NCBI GenBank assembly: GCA_013239625.1 | Contig: MU054194.1 | Coordinates: 67,880 to 120,953, forward strand | Source: Lama guanicoe | Lineage: Eukaryota | DNA: 53,074 nucleotides | Reading direction: 5' to 3' | Shown here: positions 11,601 to 22,795 of the stretch, one piece after another | How positions within the stretch are numbered: position 1 is the stretch's first letter | Layout: each line of letters begins with the position of its first letter | The notes under the pieces: model-generated | Told to the model about the DNA's origin: nothing | Database searches by the model: none | The model's input: the letters and a program-made list of their open reading frames with translations, nothing else | Translations under genes and position numbers: made by a program

Positions 11601-12303
11601 TTTCATGGCATTGTGGTCAGTAAAGATGCTTGAGATAATTTCTATCTTCTTAAATTTGTTGAGGTTTCTTTTGTGCCCAAGTACATGATCGATCCTGGAA
11701 AATGTTCCATCTGAACTTGAAAAGAATGTATATTCTATTTTTGGGGGTGTAATGTTCTGAAAATATCCACCAAATCTAGTTTATCTATTGTAGTATTTAA
11801 TTTCTCTGTTGCCTTGTTTATTTTCTGTCTGGAAGATCTGTCTAGTGATGTTAGTGCAGTGTTAAAATCTCCAACTATGATTGTATTCCCATCAATATCC
11901 CCCTTTATCTCTGTTAGTAATTCTTGTATGTACTTAGGTGCTCCTATATTGGGTGCATATATATTAACGAGTGTAATCTCTTCATCTTTTATCACTCCTT
12001 TAATCATTATAAAATGTCCTTCTTTATCTTTCTTTACGGCCTTTGTTTTAAAGTCTATTTTGTCTGAAATTATTACTGCAACACCTGCTTTTTTGGCTTT
12101 TCCATTTGCATCGAATATCCTTTTCCATCCTTTCACTCTCAATCTATATGTGTCCTTCTCCCTAAAGTAGGTCTTTTGTATGCAGCATATTGAAGGTTCT
12201 TGCTGTGTTATCCAGTCTCCCACTCTATGTCTTTTGACTGGAGCNNNNNNNNNNNNNNNNNNNNNTAACATTTACTTGATGATAGATGTGTGTTTATTGC
12301 CAT
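8612..12303 (-). pseudogene. L1 ORF2 (EN-RT-C domain), interrupted
   Basis: [26 protein letters not shown] and HCWWEC motifs spread over several ORF pieces with gaps. Confidence 0.92.
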
Positions 12304-12682
12304 TTTGAACTTATCTTTGCAGTTGAATTGGTATATCCTTTTTGTTCTTTTCTTCTTCCTTTTGTGGTTTGGTAATTTTCCTTTGTATTATGATGGATTT
12401 TATTTAATTTTTGTGACTCCCCTGTAAATTTTTGAGTTGTGGTTACCCTTTTTTGTAAATCTATTAACCCATTACTATAAAGCTTTTTATTAAACTGATA
12501 GTAACATGATGTCAAACCCATCCTACTGTTAAAAAAATTTAAAAAGAAAAAAAAATTATATATTTCCCTTCCTCCCTCTCCCACTCTCAGTGAATTGTAT
12601 GTTTTCTTTAATTGTAATTCATGTGTTATCACCTTTCCAGTTATGAGTTTCTCATTTCTGTAGCATCCTGCTGCTTTTCTAT

Positions 12683-13582
12683 TTAGAATAGCCCTTTCAA
12701 TATTTCTTTTAGCATGGGTTTAGTGTTGCTGAACTCCTGCAGCTTTTTTTTTGTCTGTGAAACTCTTCATTTCTCCTTCTATCCTAAAGGATAGCCTTGC
12801 TGGATAAAGTATCCTCGGCTGCATCTTTTTTTCATTCAGGGTTTTGAATATATCTTGCCACTCCCTTCTGTCCTGTAGTGTTTGTGTAGAGAAATCAGCT
12901 GAGAACCTTATGGGGGTTCCCTTGTAATTCACTCTTTGCTTTTCTCTTGCTGCCTTTAGAATCATTTCTTTATCCTTGACTCTGGCCATCTTGATTATGA
13001 TATGTCTTGGTGTGGGTCTATTTGGGTTCTTCCTGTTTGGAAACCTCTGAGCTTCCTTTACTTGGATATCTGATTCCTTCTTTAAGTTGGGGAAGTTTTC
13101 AGTCATGATTTCTTCAAAAACCTTTTCAATCCCCTTTGATCCTTCTTCCCCTTCTGGGACCCCTAGTATGCGATAATTGGGATGCTCTATATTATCCCAT
13201 AGGTCCCTTATGCTATTATTATTTTTTATTTGCTTATCTTGTAGTTCTTATGAATGGTGCTTTCTATTGCCCTGTCTTCTAGATCACTAATTCGTTCCTC
13301 TGCATTAACTAGTCGGCTTTGCACAGCTATTAGATCATTCCTCATCTCTGTCAATAAGTTTACCCATTCTACTTTGCTCTTCTTTATAGCTTCAATTTCA
13401 TTTTTGACATATTTTGTATGTTTAAACACTATCTCTTTTAATTCCTTCAGCAATTTGATCACTCCTTTTTTGAAATCTTAATCTAGTGGGCTAACGATGT
13501 CTATTTCATTGATCTTCCTTTCAGGGGATTCCTTTTTTTCTTTTAATTGGGGAAGGTTTCTCTGCTTCTTCATCTTGCTCAT
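12683..13582 (-). pseudogene. L1 ORF1, interrupted
   Basis: ENFPNL, RPTPRHIIIK, ILKAAREK, YPARLSF. Confidence 0.9.
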
Positions 13583-15279
13583 ACCTCTCTGGCACTGTGG
13601 TTTATGGAGTATCAGTTTTCTATTTTCGCTCTTAAGGATTTTATCTATCTAATGCCTATTTAGGAATAGAACTTAGGGGAAAAAAAGAAAAAAAATGTAA
13701 GAGAGAGGAGAAAGATTTTTAAAAGAAGGGAGAAAGAGGGTTTGAAAACAGTGTATAATGAATAATAGAAGAGCGAGTTGAAGCAGAGTATTAATCGGGT
13801 GGAGACCTCCTTTTAAAACCTTTAAAAAAAAAGTGGTGGGGAGATGAATATATGTATTTGAAACCTGTGTCTAATCAATAACAGGACATCAAAACCCAAG
13901 AGAAATAGAAATGAATTAAGAAGTAAAAATTAAGAGAGTAATTGAAAATAGAACAGGTAAAAACAGATTTAAAAAAAAAAGGGGGGGTTGTCGGTGTTCT
14001 ACTGGAGTCTGTGTGCTTTTAATGTGAAGTCTTTCTGTCTTCGGCCTTTTTTTGGAAGCTCAGCTTGTTTTCAGAGGCCCTCCGTTGGCGCCCTCTTCTG
14101 TGCTGCTCCCAGCACCTGTTGGCAAGCAGATCGCGCCTCCTCCTTACATGGGGTCAGATGCATCTCTCCTCTGCTGCGGGCGGGCGGGTGACTGCCCCTC
14201 CGGATGCTGCAGTCAGACGTTGCAGACTGGCCAGACAGGAGGGCGGGTCGTGCCGCCTCCCTGCACCTCGGTCAGGGGCTGTGTTCCTGCCCGACAGGCG
14301 TGGGGCCGCTCTCCCTGTACCTGCGCCACCGGTAGCTCCGCCGCTCTTTGTGGCTGCGCGCTCCGCCTCGGCTTGGGCGCTGCCCTGGTCAGCGCTCCGC
14401 CCTGGTCGGCGCTCCGCGGGTGGGCTCCGGGAAGACTGAGGGACAGCCTCGTCCCTGCTGTGAGCCAAGACCCAGCTCCTTGTTTGTCTTTGTGTAGCAA
14501 GTTCTCTGAGGGACCAGGATGGAAGGATCCTATCTGCCCCGGGCTGTAGGCCCGTGTCAGTCTGGCCTTTGAGGCTGCTAAGCCCTTTGGTGCGGATGCA
14601 GGTTTCGCCCCCCCCCCCGCCTGGGTGCTCAGTGCAGGAGAATATGGCGGCTGTGCCTGAGCCCCGCCTCTCTTCCCCTGAAAAGTTTCCACTGGTTTTC
14701 AGAGATGGGAGTATGCACCCTTCCCCCGAGAGCACATCAACCTTGCTGTTTTATGCAGGGTCCAGGTTGTTCTGCCCTGTGCACCCACAGCCACGGCGCC
14801 CAGCTCCTTGTAGTCCCCCGGGGCTGCCTCCATGCAGCCGCCCCCGTCCTCCGCCGGCTTGTGCCGCCTGGGCCTGCCCGCCGCTGCCGGCCCGCGTCTC
14901 AGGCTGGGTGTCGGGGGGACGCTCTGTGCCCGTTAGCCGCTCTGTTCCGAGCCTCGGAGGCTCCCCCTCCATCCCGCTGGTCTCTCAGTTGGAGAGGGGA
15001 GGCCCAGCGAGCGAGCGCCAGTCCTCCTTTGTGGCTCCCTCCCCGCGGGACCCGTCCCGTGCTGATTTGCCTTTTGTTCTTTCTTTTTTCCTTTTCTCCT
15101 ACCAGATTTTTGGCGTCTTTATCTTTTGAAGAGGGCAATGTTCTGTCAGAGTTCCGCAGGTGCTCTGGTTGGCTGAGTGGGTCTGTAGATGTGGGTCTTG
15201 GTGTATTTGTGGGAGAGGGTGACTTAGGAGCGTCCTTCTACTCCACCGTCTTGCCTCTTCTCCCAAGAGTGCTGTTTTT

Positions 15280-15601
15280 ATGCCAATCAATCAGGAATTG
15301 TCAGAGGGATGTTTCAAGAGTTACAATACCGAGTGAAAAAGAGAAAACATATTTTAAATGAGAGCCCATAAGTAGGCCCCTGGAGCTGGACCTCCTGGCT
15401 GGCACCATTCATATGTCCCTTGCTCCTGATTTTTGCTGTTCTTCTATTTGGGCCCTGTGTCCTACGCTTCTGACCTGCTTTGTCAGTGAGCAGATAGAGG
15501 CTATAAAACTTCAGATGTTAGCCTCCAATTATGAGCCCCTGCAACAGATAAATGATGATGCTTACTCCAACTAGGGTTGTGAAAGCATCACGAGAGGGGA
15601 A
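15280..15601 (+). pseudogene. env: env TM remnant (3' part) and polypurine tract
   Basis: (ECCF)YANQSGIVR, later hydrophobic LLFGPC motif; gagaggggaa directly before the 3' LTR. Confidence 0.85.
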
Positions 15602-16066
15602 TGTGAAGGAAAAGCCAGGCTGGTCTAACAAGATATCTCACAAGTCTAGGAATGTGAAGGAGGGCCTGGGCTGGTCTAACAAGATAACTCACAAATCTAA
15701 GTATCAGAATACTGACCTGAGTTCTGCTGGACTAACTTGTGAATCTAAGTTAATTAGTGTTGGTTTGCTGTTCATGTTTTTTTTGCTAGCCAGCTGGATT
15801 TTCAAAGATATCTATCTGGCTTTGGAATATTGGCTTGCTGCCTCCCTGCCTCCACTTTTGTGATAATGATGCTGCTAAAGCTGTTCCATGCCTATTGGCC
15901 AAATACCCCAAGCTTGTACTTTACCCTATAAAACCTCATGTGCACGTCTTGGAGGTGCTCAGAGCTTTGGAGCAGAAGCCCCTCTGAGCCCGCCGGCATG
16001 ATACATCTGAGTACTTCAATCCTCCGAGTAGTGCTTTTTCTTGGCTGGCCTGTCATTTCCGTAACA
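15602..16066 (+). repeat. 3' LTR
   Basis: Direct repeat of 2741-3198, followed by the GTAC TSD. Confidence 0.95.
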
Positions 16067-16070
16067 GTAC

Positions 16071-17242
16071 TTCTCTGTTACCTTGGTGGGTTTCCCTACT
16101 CCAAGACTCTAACTAGATAGCCCTCAGAACATTTATTCTAAAAAGGAATGATAGTTCTGTTTAAGCCACTATTGACATTACAAAGTGGGAGACCTCACCT
16201 GGCCAATTAATAATACCTGCTCTGAACCTGACCATAAATATGAATTTTCTTATAAGATCACTCAAGCTCAATCAGTAACACAAGCAAAATTTTAACCCCA
16301 AAATGTAACTTTTCAATTATTAAATCCTTACTTGTGACTTTATTAATGTTACTAACTATATTACTTATATCCTGTCTATTTTATTAAATTGTTATCTCCT
16401 CCATTTCCCAGTGTGTAACTAGGCCTTCAACAAGATTGATGAAGGTTAAACATCTTGAGGAAATAGATAAAATTTATAACCCTGCATAAAATAATTGTAA
16501 TAGTGTGGTTCTATATATGGGAATGAGCAATGAGGGGTAAACATCTCCTTGATCATAATAGACTAGTAAGACAGGTGATCCAGAGAATTTTTAGTATCAA
16601 CAGGGCTTGATCCAAAACTAGCGCTTTGAGTGGCATGTCAACAGATTCTTCACCTGATCTAGGAATGAGCCTTCCTAGCACCGTGGGACATAATTGGTCA
16701 CGAAATGTCTCCCAAAATATTGGTCAAATTTAGGACCAAGAGGGAGCATTGTGAACGAAAATACGGCAATGTGAGTGAAAATACTGCAACCATGTCAGTA
16801 AACAAAGAATGCTGACACCAAGTCATCAGTGGCTGCCACCACCCCCCAGTGGGGACAGGCCTGTAGCCCAGCCTCTGCAGCCACTCACAATGGTGCACCC
16901 TGAGCAGACTCAAAAAGGAAAGAACAGGATACTGGCCCTAGATAGCTAGGTGCTTGTCAAAGGAATGGATTCAGTGAGCCCAAATGTTTGCTTCCTCCCA
17001 TACACAGAAAAGCACTAAATTCTTTAACTTGAGATGCCTGGTTTTCTTTAGATAACAAGTAATCTTTTATTGTTCCAACTACCTGGTCTTTGTTGTAAAG
17101 CTCCTATATATCCTAGCTCCTCCCCTACCTCTTCAGAGCAGTCCCTCAGAGCGATCTGAGAGGCTGTCATCCTGGTTCGAGTCCTCCCGCCAAATAAAAC
17201 GTAACTCTTAACTTGTAGGCTGCGTGTTTATTTCAGTCGACA
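16071..17242 (+). mobile_element. Old ERV1-class element, 3' internal part plus its 3' LTR (16750-17242)
   Basis: PPT-like aagagggagcat, LTR tgtgaacg...gtcgaca, tatata ~17105, aataaa ~17193. Confidence 0.75.
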
Positions 17243-18266
17243 GTTTGTATGTTACTAATACAGTTGCTACTACTCAGTTGTATTGTATTGATTTAGACTC
17301 TCACGTCTCTAATCATGCATTATTGTGTATTACTCACCTTTATGTTTTACTTCTGACATCTTCTATTCTTAATGTTACACTAGAAGATGGATTTTATACT
17401 ACCCATGTCAAGCCTCTGGCCTGGTACAATTCTTGTATTAGCCCAATAAACATTCTCTCTCAGTATCTCTCAGGTACTCATTCTGAAGCAACAACCTCAG
17501 GTTTGGCTACCTGTTAGTTTAACCTGTCCCTAGGAGGGCAAAAATGGTTTTATTAGATTAACTCATGCAATTTCAAATTGCAAAAAAAATGCATTATTTA
17601 TTGCTTTTATCATCTTAGCCATCATCATTCTTGTCACCACTTCAGTAGCAACGGTGTCCCTTATTAAATCCATCCATACCACTCAAGTTGTTAATCATGT
17701 TATGACTAATATTACTAAGGTTATGATAACTCAGACTCAAATTGATAATGGAATTATGCATCAGCTTCAGGCTTTGGAAGCCTCTTTGGAATGGCTTGAT
17801 AATTGACAACAAGCCATTGTTGATCACGAGCCCCTGCACTGTGATTGAAAACATAAGATATGTGTTACCCCTCTTAAATATAACCGCTCCTCATTTTCCT
17901 GGGGTGTTATTAAAAAACACCTTCAAGGAGTTTTTTCCTTCTGATTTGCAAAATAATATTGAAGCTCTTTATTCCCAGCTGCATCAACAGCTCATTTACA
18001 TTCAAAAGGAGACTCAAACAAATATGAAACAGGAATTATATGATAATATGATAATATGAAACGACTTAACCCTGCCAAATGTCTTCATGGTCTCAACCTC
18101 CTCATCTGGGTTATTGTTGGATTTTGTATAGTATTCGCTTGTGTTTTTCTTATAGTCTGCAAGTTAATTTACTCCCTTCATGCCTCTTCAAATCAGCAGT
18201 GCCAGGTGATGATGTCCTTTCCACAATAAAGAGTGATCTCCTTTAATCAAAACAAAACGGCAGATA
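17243..18266 (+). pseudogene. env: Betaretrovirus-like (ERVK class) env remnant
   Basis: Hydrophobic fusion peptide (ALFIAFIILAIIIL..SVATVSL), heptad region and LHCD*KHKICVTPLKYNRSSFSW, resembling the CDWN..CITP..YN.S..SW motif of beta-type TM. Confidence 0.75.
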
Positions 18267-18852
18267 TGTGGGAGCCCATGATTGGGTTAACAAATTGTAA
18301 CAGACCCCAGGTTGTCACCTTTAAGAAGAACAAATGTGCTTAGCAACTGCTTTGCTAGCAGGTGCCTGTGCATCCGCATTCCTGTCTCCTTGCCATAAAA
18401 AGCAGATACAATGCCTTGCTTGCATAGTTGAGGTTTTAGATAGCACTCTGCCCCTTGCAAAGCAATGACCCAGGCCCTCAGCTATAAATGGCTGGGCATG
18501 CCTGCTGTTTAGATAGTCTATTATCCCCAAGAAAAGGAACTGGCTGGTCCAGTGGTCTGCTTTGTAATTAACATATCTAAAGAATGTATCTTGTTCCCCT
18601 CTCCCCATGACTTCCCTAAAGATACACTAAGCCTTTGTGCTCTTTGTGGATTCTACAATCTCTGTCCCATCCTGTCTTTCCCTAAATTCCTGCGTTCCAT
18701 CACACAACTGTTAGTGATTTTTCCTTTGATTGTACACAATAAATGTGGGAGAATTTGAGAGGCTCGTGGAGTTGGTCCCTGACTCCCTCTCACTCTCTTG
18801 ACTTTCCACAGAGACTCAAGTAATTCATTCCATCTTGGTGGGACTTCTATCA
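18267..18852 (+). repeat. 3' LTR of the betaretrovirus-like element
   Basis: A-rich PPT-like tract, then tgtgggag...ctatca, aataaa ~18738. Confidence 0.65.
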
Positions 18853-18859
18853 GTCATGA

Positions 18860-19965
18860 CCCACAGTCATTCTGTTCAAATTATCTGTTCCTTCTCACTT
18901 CAATTTTGGCAGGCTACATATTTGTAAAAACTTGTCCCTTTGTTATTGGTTGTTCAATTTGTTGGAATAAAACTTTTTATGGTATTTTCTTGTGATTTAA
19001 AAAATTGTGCTATCAGTTGCTATTTATTCTCTTTCACTTCTATTTTATTTATGAGAATTATCTTTTCTTCACGGTTAGCATGGCTAGAGGTTTGTCAATT
19101 GTGTTTACTTTTTAAAATAATCTAGTCTTTATTTTATTGATCTTTTCTATTGATTTTAATCACTTTTTATTTCCTCTTTGATTTTTATTATTTTCTTCTG
19201 CTAACCTTAGGTTTCATTTTTCTTTTTTTCCCTCTAGTTTTTATAGGTAGTAGCTTAGGATGTTTATTTGTGATTATTCTTGTTTCTTGAGGAAGGCCTG
19301 TATCACTGTGAACTCCCCTCTTAAAACTGCTTTTACTGCATCTCATATGTTTTTTAATTCTGTGTTTTTTTCGATATTTCTCTAGAGGTATTTTCCAGTA
19401 TCTTCTTTGATTTCATAATTGACCCTTTTTTTTATTAATAGCATGTTGTTTTGTCACCATGTGATAATCCCTCCCCCCCCTTTTTTTTCTGTTCTGTGAT
19501 TTGTATCTAGGTTTATAGTGTTCTGGTAAGAAAAATGCTGAAATAATCTCTATCCTATTAAGTTTGTTGAGACTTGATTTGTGTCCTATTATGTGGTGAA
19601 TTCTAAAGAATGTTCCATGAAACCTTTTTTTGTTCATTTGTTTCATTTTTCAGTTTTCTGAGGTAGAATTGTTACAATTTGGCTGCAGGTATAAAATATT
19701 GCATGTAAAAACATATACGCAATATACAGTACATATATTTTAAATTTACATTTAAGTACTGTTCAGTGTTTCCAAGAGTGTTTAGAGCTTTACCTTTTTA
19801 AATTTCCATAGTTATCGAAGCAATAACCAAAAATAAGAATTGATTCAAAAATATACATATACCTCACTATTATCAGCAACATTATTTATAATGAACAAGA
19901 TATGGAAGCAACCTAAGTGCATATCAATAGATGAATGGGTAAAGAAGATGCAATATATATATCCA
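18860..19965. mobile_element. Old L1 ORF2 fragments (minus ~18860-19630, plus ~19840-19965)
   Basis: Clear similarity to the ORF2 segments of the L1s in this window (gaggaaggcctgtatc; WKQPKC.S.DEW). Confidence 0.75.
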
Positions 19966-20501
19966 GCCATCAGTCACGAGGATTTACAGACTTCTCTTTC
20001 AATACAACGTACTCAAGCTCCCATCATTTCCTTTTCTCATTCAGCTTAATAATTTTTACATGTTTTCTCTTTTCTTTTGCATTGATTTCTTCTCTTTCCC
20101 ACTTTTATTTCTTTCTACTCTTTAAGAAGCCAAATTAGGAAATGTAAGTCCATTCAAGAATCTCTTCTACTTAATGTGTACTACAGCTCCTTGTTAAACT
20201 TCTATCAGAATTTTGTTACTTCATTCTGACCCGTATTTATCCTTAGTGGCTGGCAGGCCCTCTGAGCTGACAGCTTCTTCCAGGAAAGAGCCCCATTTTA
20301 GTCCTTACTCCCAGAGCATTTATTAACAAGCATTTAGGGAATATCTACAACATGCTAGATGATGGAGACACATGGACCGTGCCTCCCGCTCCCACCTCCA
20401 GGAGACAGTCCCTGCAGGAGAAAACCATGTCACAAGCATCTTAAGCACAGAGGGAGACTGACAGACCCCACTGCGGGGCAGGCCCAGGAGAGGCTGTCCT
20501 T

Positions 20502-21085
20502 TGACTTTTTTTTTCCAGTGTTTTATAATTGAGATATAATTCACATATAATAAATCTCACCCACTTAAAGGGGTACGATTCAGCAGCTTTCTGTATATTC
20601 ACGGTTGTGCAGCCCTTACCATCATCTTATTTCCAGAACACGCCATCACCCCAAAAGAAATCCCCTGTCCATTAGCAGTCACTCCCCATCCCCCTGTCCA
20701 GCCAGCTCCTCGCAAGCATCATCTGCCCTCTGCCTCTGCATGTGGCTATTCTGGACATTTCAGATCACTGAAATCAACACTACGTGGCCTTTTGTGTCCG
20801 GCTCTTTTACTTAACATGCTGTTATTAACGGTCGTCCATTTCAAAGTGGTATTAGCATCTTATTTTTTTAAAGGTTATAGTTTATTAGAAGGTGGTAAGT
20901 ACTGTCAAATAGAGAGGAGTATAAGGGGTGGGGTTTCAATGGGAAAAGGGGGGGTTGAGCCGTCAGGGTGGACTTCCCAGAACAGGTGGCCTTTTTCATC
21001 TCCCCCCTTTTTATTCATTCTTATGTCGGAATAATATTCCACTACATGGAGATATTGTATTCTGTTCATCCACTCAGCAGCTACA
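20502..21085 (-). mobile_element. Ancient L1M 3' end with an internal interruption
   Basis: ttttataattgagatataattcacata...accccaaaagaaa...ggctattctggacatttca, typical of an L1MB-type 3'UTR. Confidence 0.65.
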
Positions 21086-21434
21086 TATGGACAAGGTCTG
21101 GAAGAATGAGTGTAAGAGGTTCCTAACAAGAATTTCATTCGAAGCAAAGGGCAAGCTGTGCTTTAAAAAATCCAACACACAGAGGCACAAGGGAATTCGA
21201 CGCGTTTCTGAGCAAAGGGCATGCTTGCTTCGGCAGGACTACCGTGCAGGGCTGGGGTGGATATTGGCAGGAATCACGGTGAGGGAGTCACCTGAGAAGA
21301 CTCACCACTGCAAGCAGCTCAGCCAATTCTCCTCCCTCATCCTTTATTTTTAGAGCTGTGTTTCAAGGTTTTCTCTTATTTCAAGTAACAGCACTTTAAC
21401 TACACATCTGATCATCTGCATCAGACCACCTTAC

Positions 21435-21565
21435 CTCCAAGCCACAGAAAGTCATTCACTGACCGGAGCAGCTCCAGAACAAATGGTGATGGACCAGGGA
21501 GTCCTGAAGCATCCCGGCCTGCAGGCACAAACCCCCTCGTATTTCCGCATGCGCCCTGGTGATGT
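21435..21565 (-). pseudogene. TRAPPC9: TRAPPC9-like second coding exon, decayed
   Basis: GRMRK..GLCLQAGMLQDSLVHH / ELLRSVNDFLWLG; intact donor gag|gtaag; acceptor reads ttctgg instead of ag; frameshifts. Confidence 0.9.
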
Positions 21566-22708
21566 CCAGAAAGTAAAATGCACAGAAATGTCTCACTGCT
21601 GGTGCACGACGTCTGCCCCAAAACTGCCCCGAAAGCATGCTGGCAAAGCACTACTCAACCCTCTCAATACAAAAAAAAACAAAAAAGCAAAGAAGGCAAA
21701 TTCAGACTCTACAATTGAAAACCAGCAACCATCACTGCCAGTATCTGAGCTGGAATGGTCCTGACTTCGAAAAACACTGCGTAGTTATTTTTCAAATGTG
21801 ATAGACATATAAGTATTTCATGAAAATGATATTATAGAAGGATTTTTCTTTTCAAAATTTCCAGTCGCAACATTAGCACAAGAATATTTATGTTTCAGCT
21901 ATAATATCTATCTTCTACTTTCTTAACATTTAACCTATTATTTTATAAAAAGAGCTATGCTGCATATAATAAACCAACTGTTTGGATTCTGCAAACAAGT
22001 TCTTTACAAATTCACAATTTCAGAGCAAGATTTAAGGATACTTTGAGAGCTAGGGCCTGGGGCGCTCACTAACAGCTCTTTAAATACTGACAAGGATGTG
22101 CTATTAAGTAATGCAAAGGCTCTAATTCCGTGTCAACTCTGAAACCAAAGAAACTACACCGAAGCCTTACTCTATCATTTCAGAATATTCCTATTCTTTT
22201 GAATATTAAATTTCTTTAAAGTTAAGATATTTTTGAGTAAAATATCAGCTATATTCAATTTCCTTTCTCCAAGAAAGCAATCTTTATCAAGAATAAAAAC
22301 CCCTATGGAAATGCAAAAGACGGTGCATTTCTAGCTAAGTGAACGTGCAGATCTCAACACAAACTTAAATCCTATCAGATCTCACTTGAACGAGGTCAAC
22401 AAAGTCCTGGGCTACCCTGGAATTTAGCTCTTCTGTTCCAAATATTGGCTGAGCTAAGACCATCACACAAGGCAGGGAAGGACAGAAGAAGAAAGTCAGC
22501 CTGGCTGCCACCATCTGCTTTCTTCCAGCCACAAGGCGCAGCTAGGGCAGCCCCGCTAACAAGCCCTCCCCATAAGGAAATACTACATCCACACTGTCCC
22601 TGTTGTCCCCACGCAGCCCTGACGCCCCTCTCCCACTGGTCGCCTCCCAGCCTGTGAGTGGTCTTCTAATGACCCTCCCACTCAGTGGCACCCACCCCCT
22701 CTTCCCCG

Positions 22709-22709
<1 letters not shown>

Positions 22710-22750
<41 letters not shown>

Positions 22751-22795
22751 AAGAGAGCAAGAGCGAGAGAGCGAGAGTGCGAGAGTACGAGAGAG
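22710..22795. repeat. (CA)n microsatellite followed by degenerate (GA)n
   Basis: Seen directly. Confidence 0.95.

Larger units (their letters stand above)
8278..15262 (-). mobile_element. Full-length LINE-1 (~7 kb) inserted antisense into env
   Basis: PolyA tail at ~8278; ORF2 and ORF1 remnants; GC-rich 5'UTR 14050-15260; TSD ccaaaagtgctgttttt (8261-8277) / ccaagagtgctgttttt (15263-15279); TTTT/A endonuclease site. Confidence 0.96.
2741..16066 (+). mobile_element. Gammaretrovirus-like (HERV-E-like gag) defective provirus, LTR-gag-pro-[RT/RH deleted]-IN-[deleted env]-LTR
   Basis: Paired TG...CA LTRs, 4-bp TSD GTAC at 2737-2740 and 16067-16070, PBS, PPT, and gag/pro/IN/TM motifs. Confidence 0.95.

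Noticed and set aside
14050..15361. Many overlapping ORFs in the L1 5'UTRs and CpG islands (also 32870-33820, 40058-40734, 42426-43504)
   Set aside because: Expected from stop-codon scarcity in GC-rich DNA; no recognisable domains.
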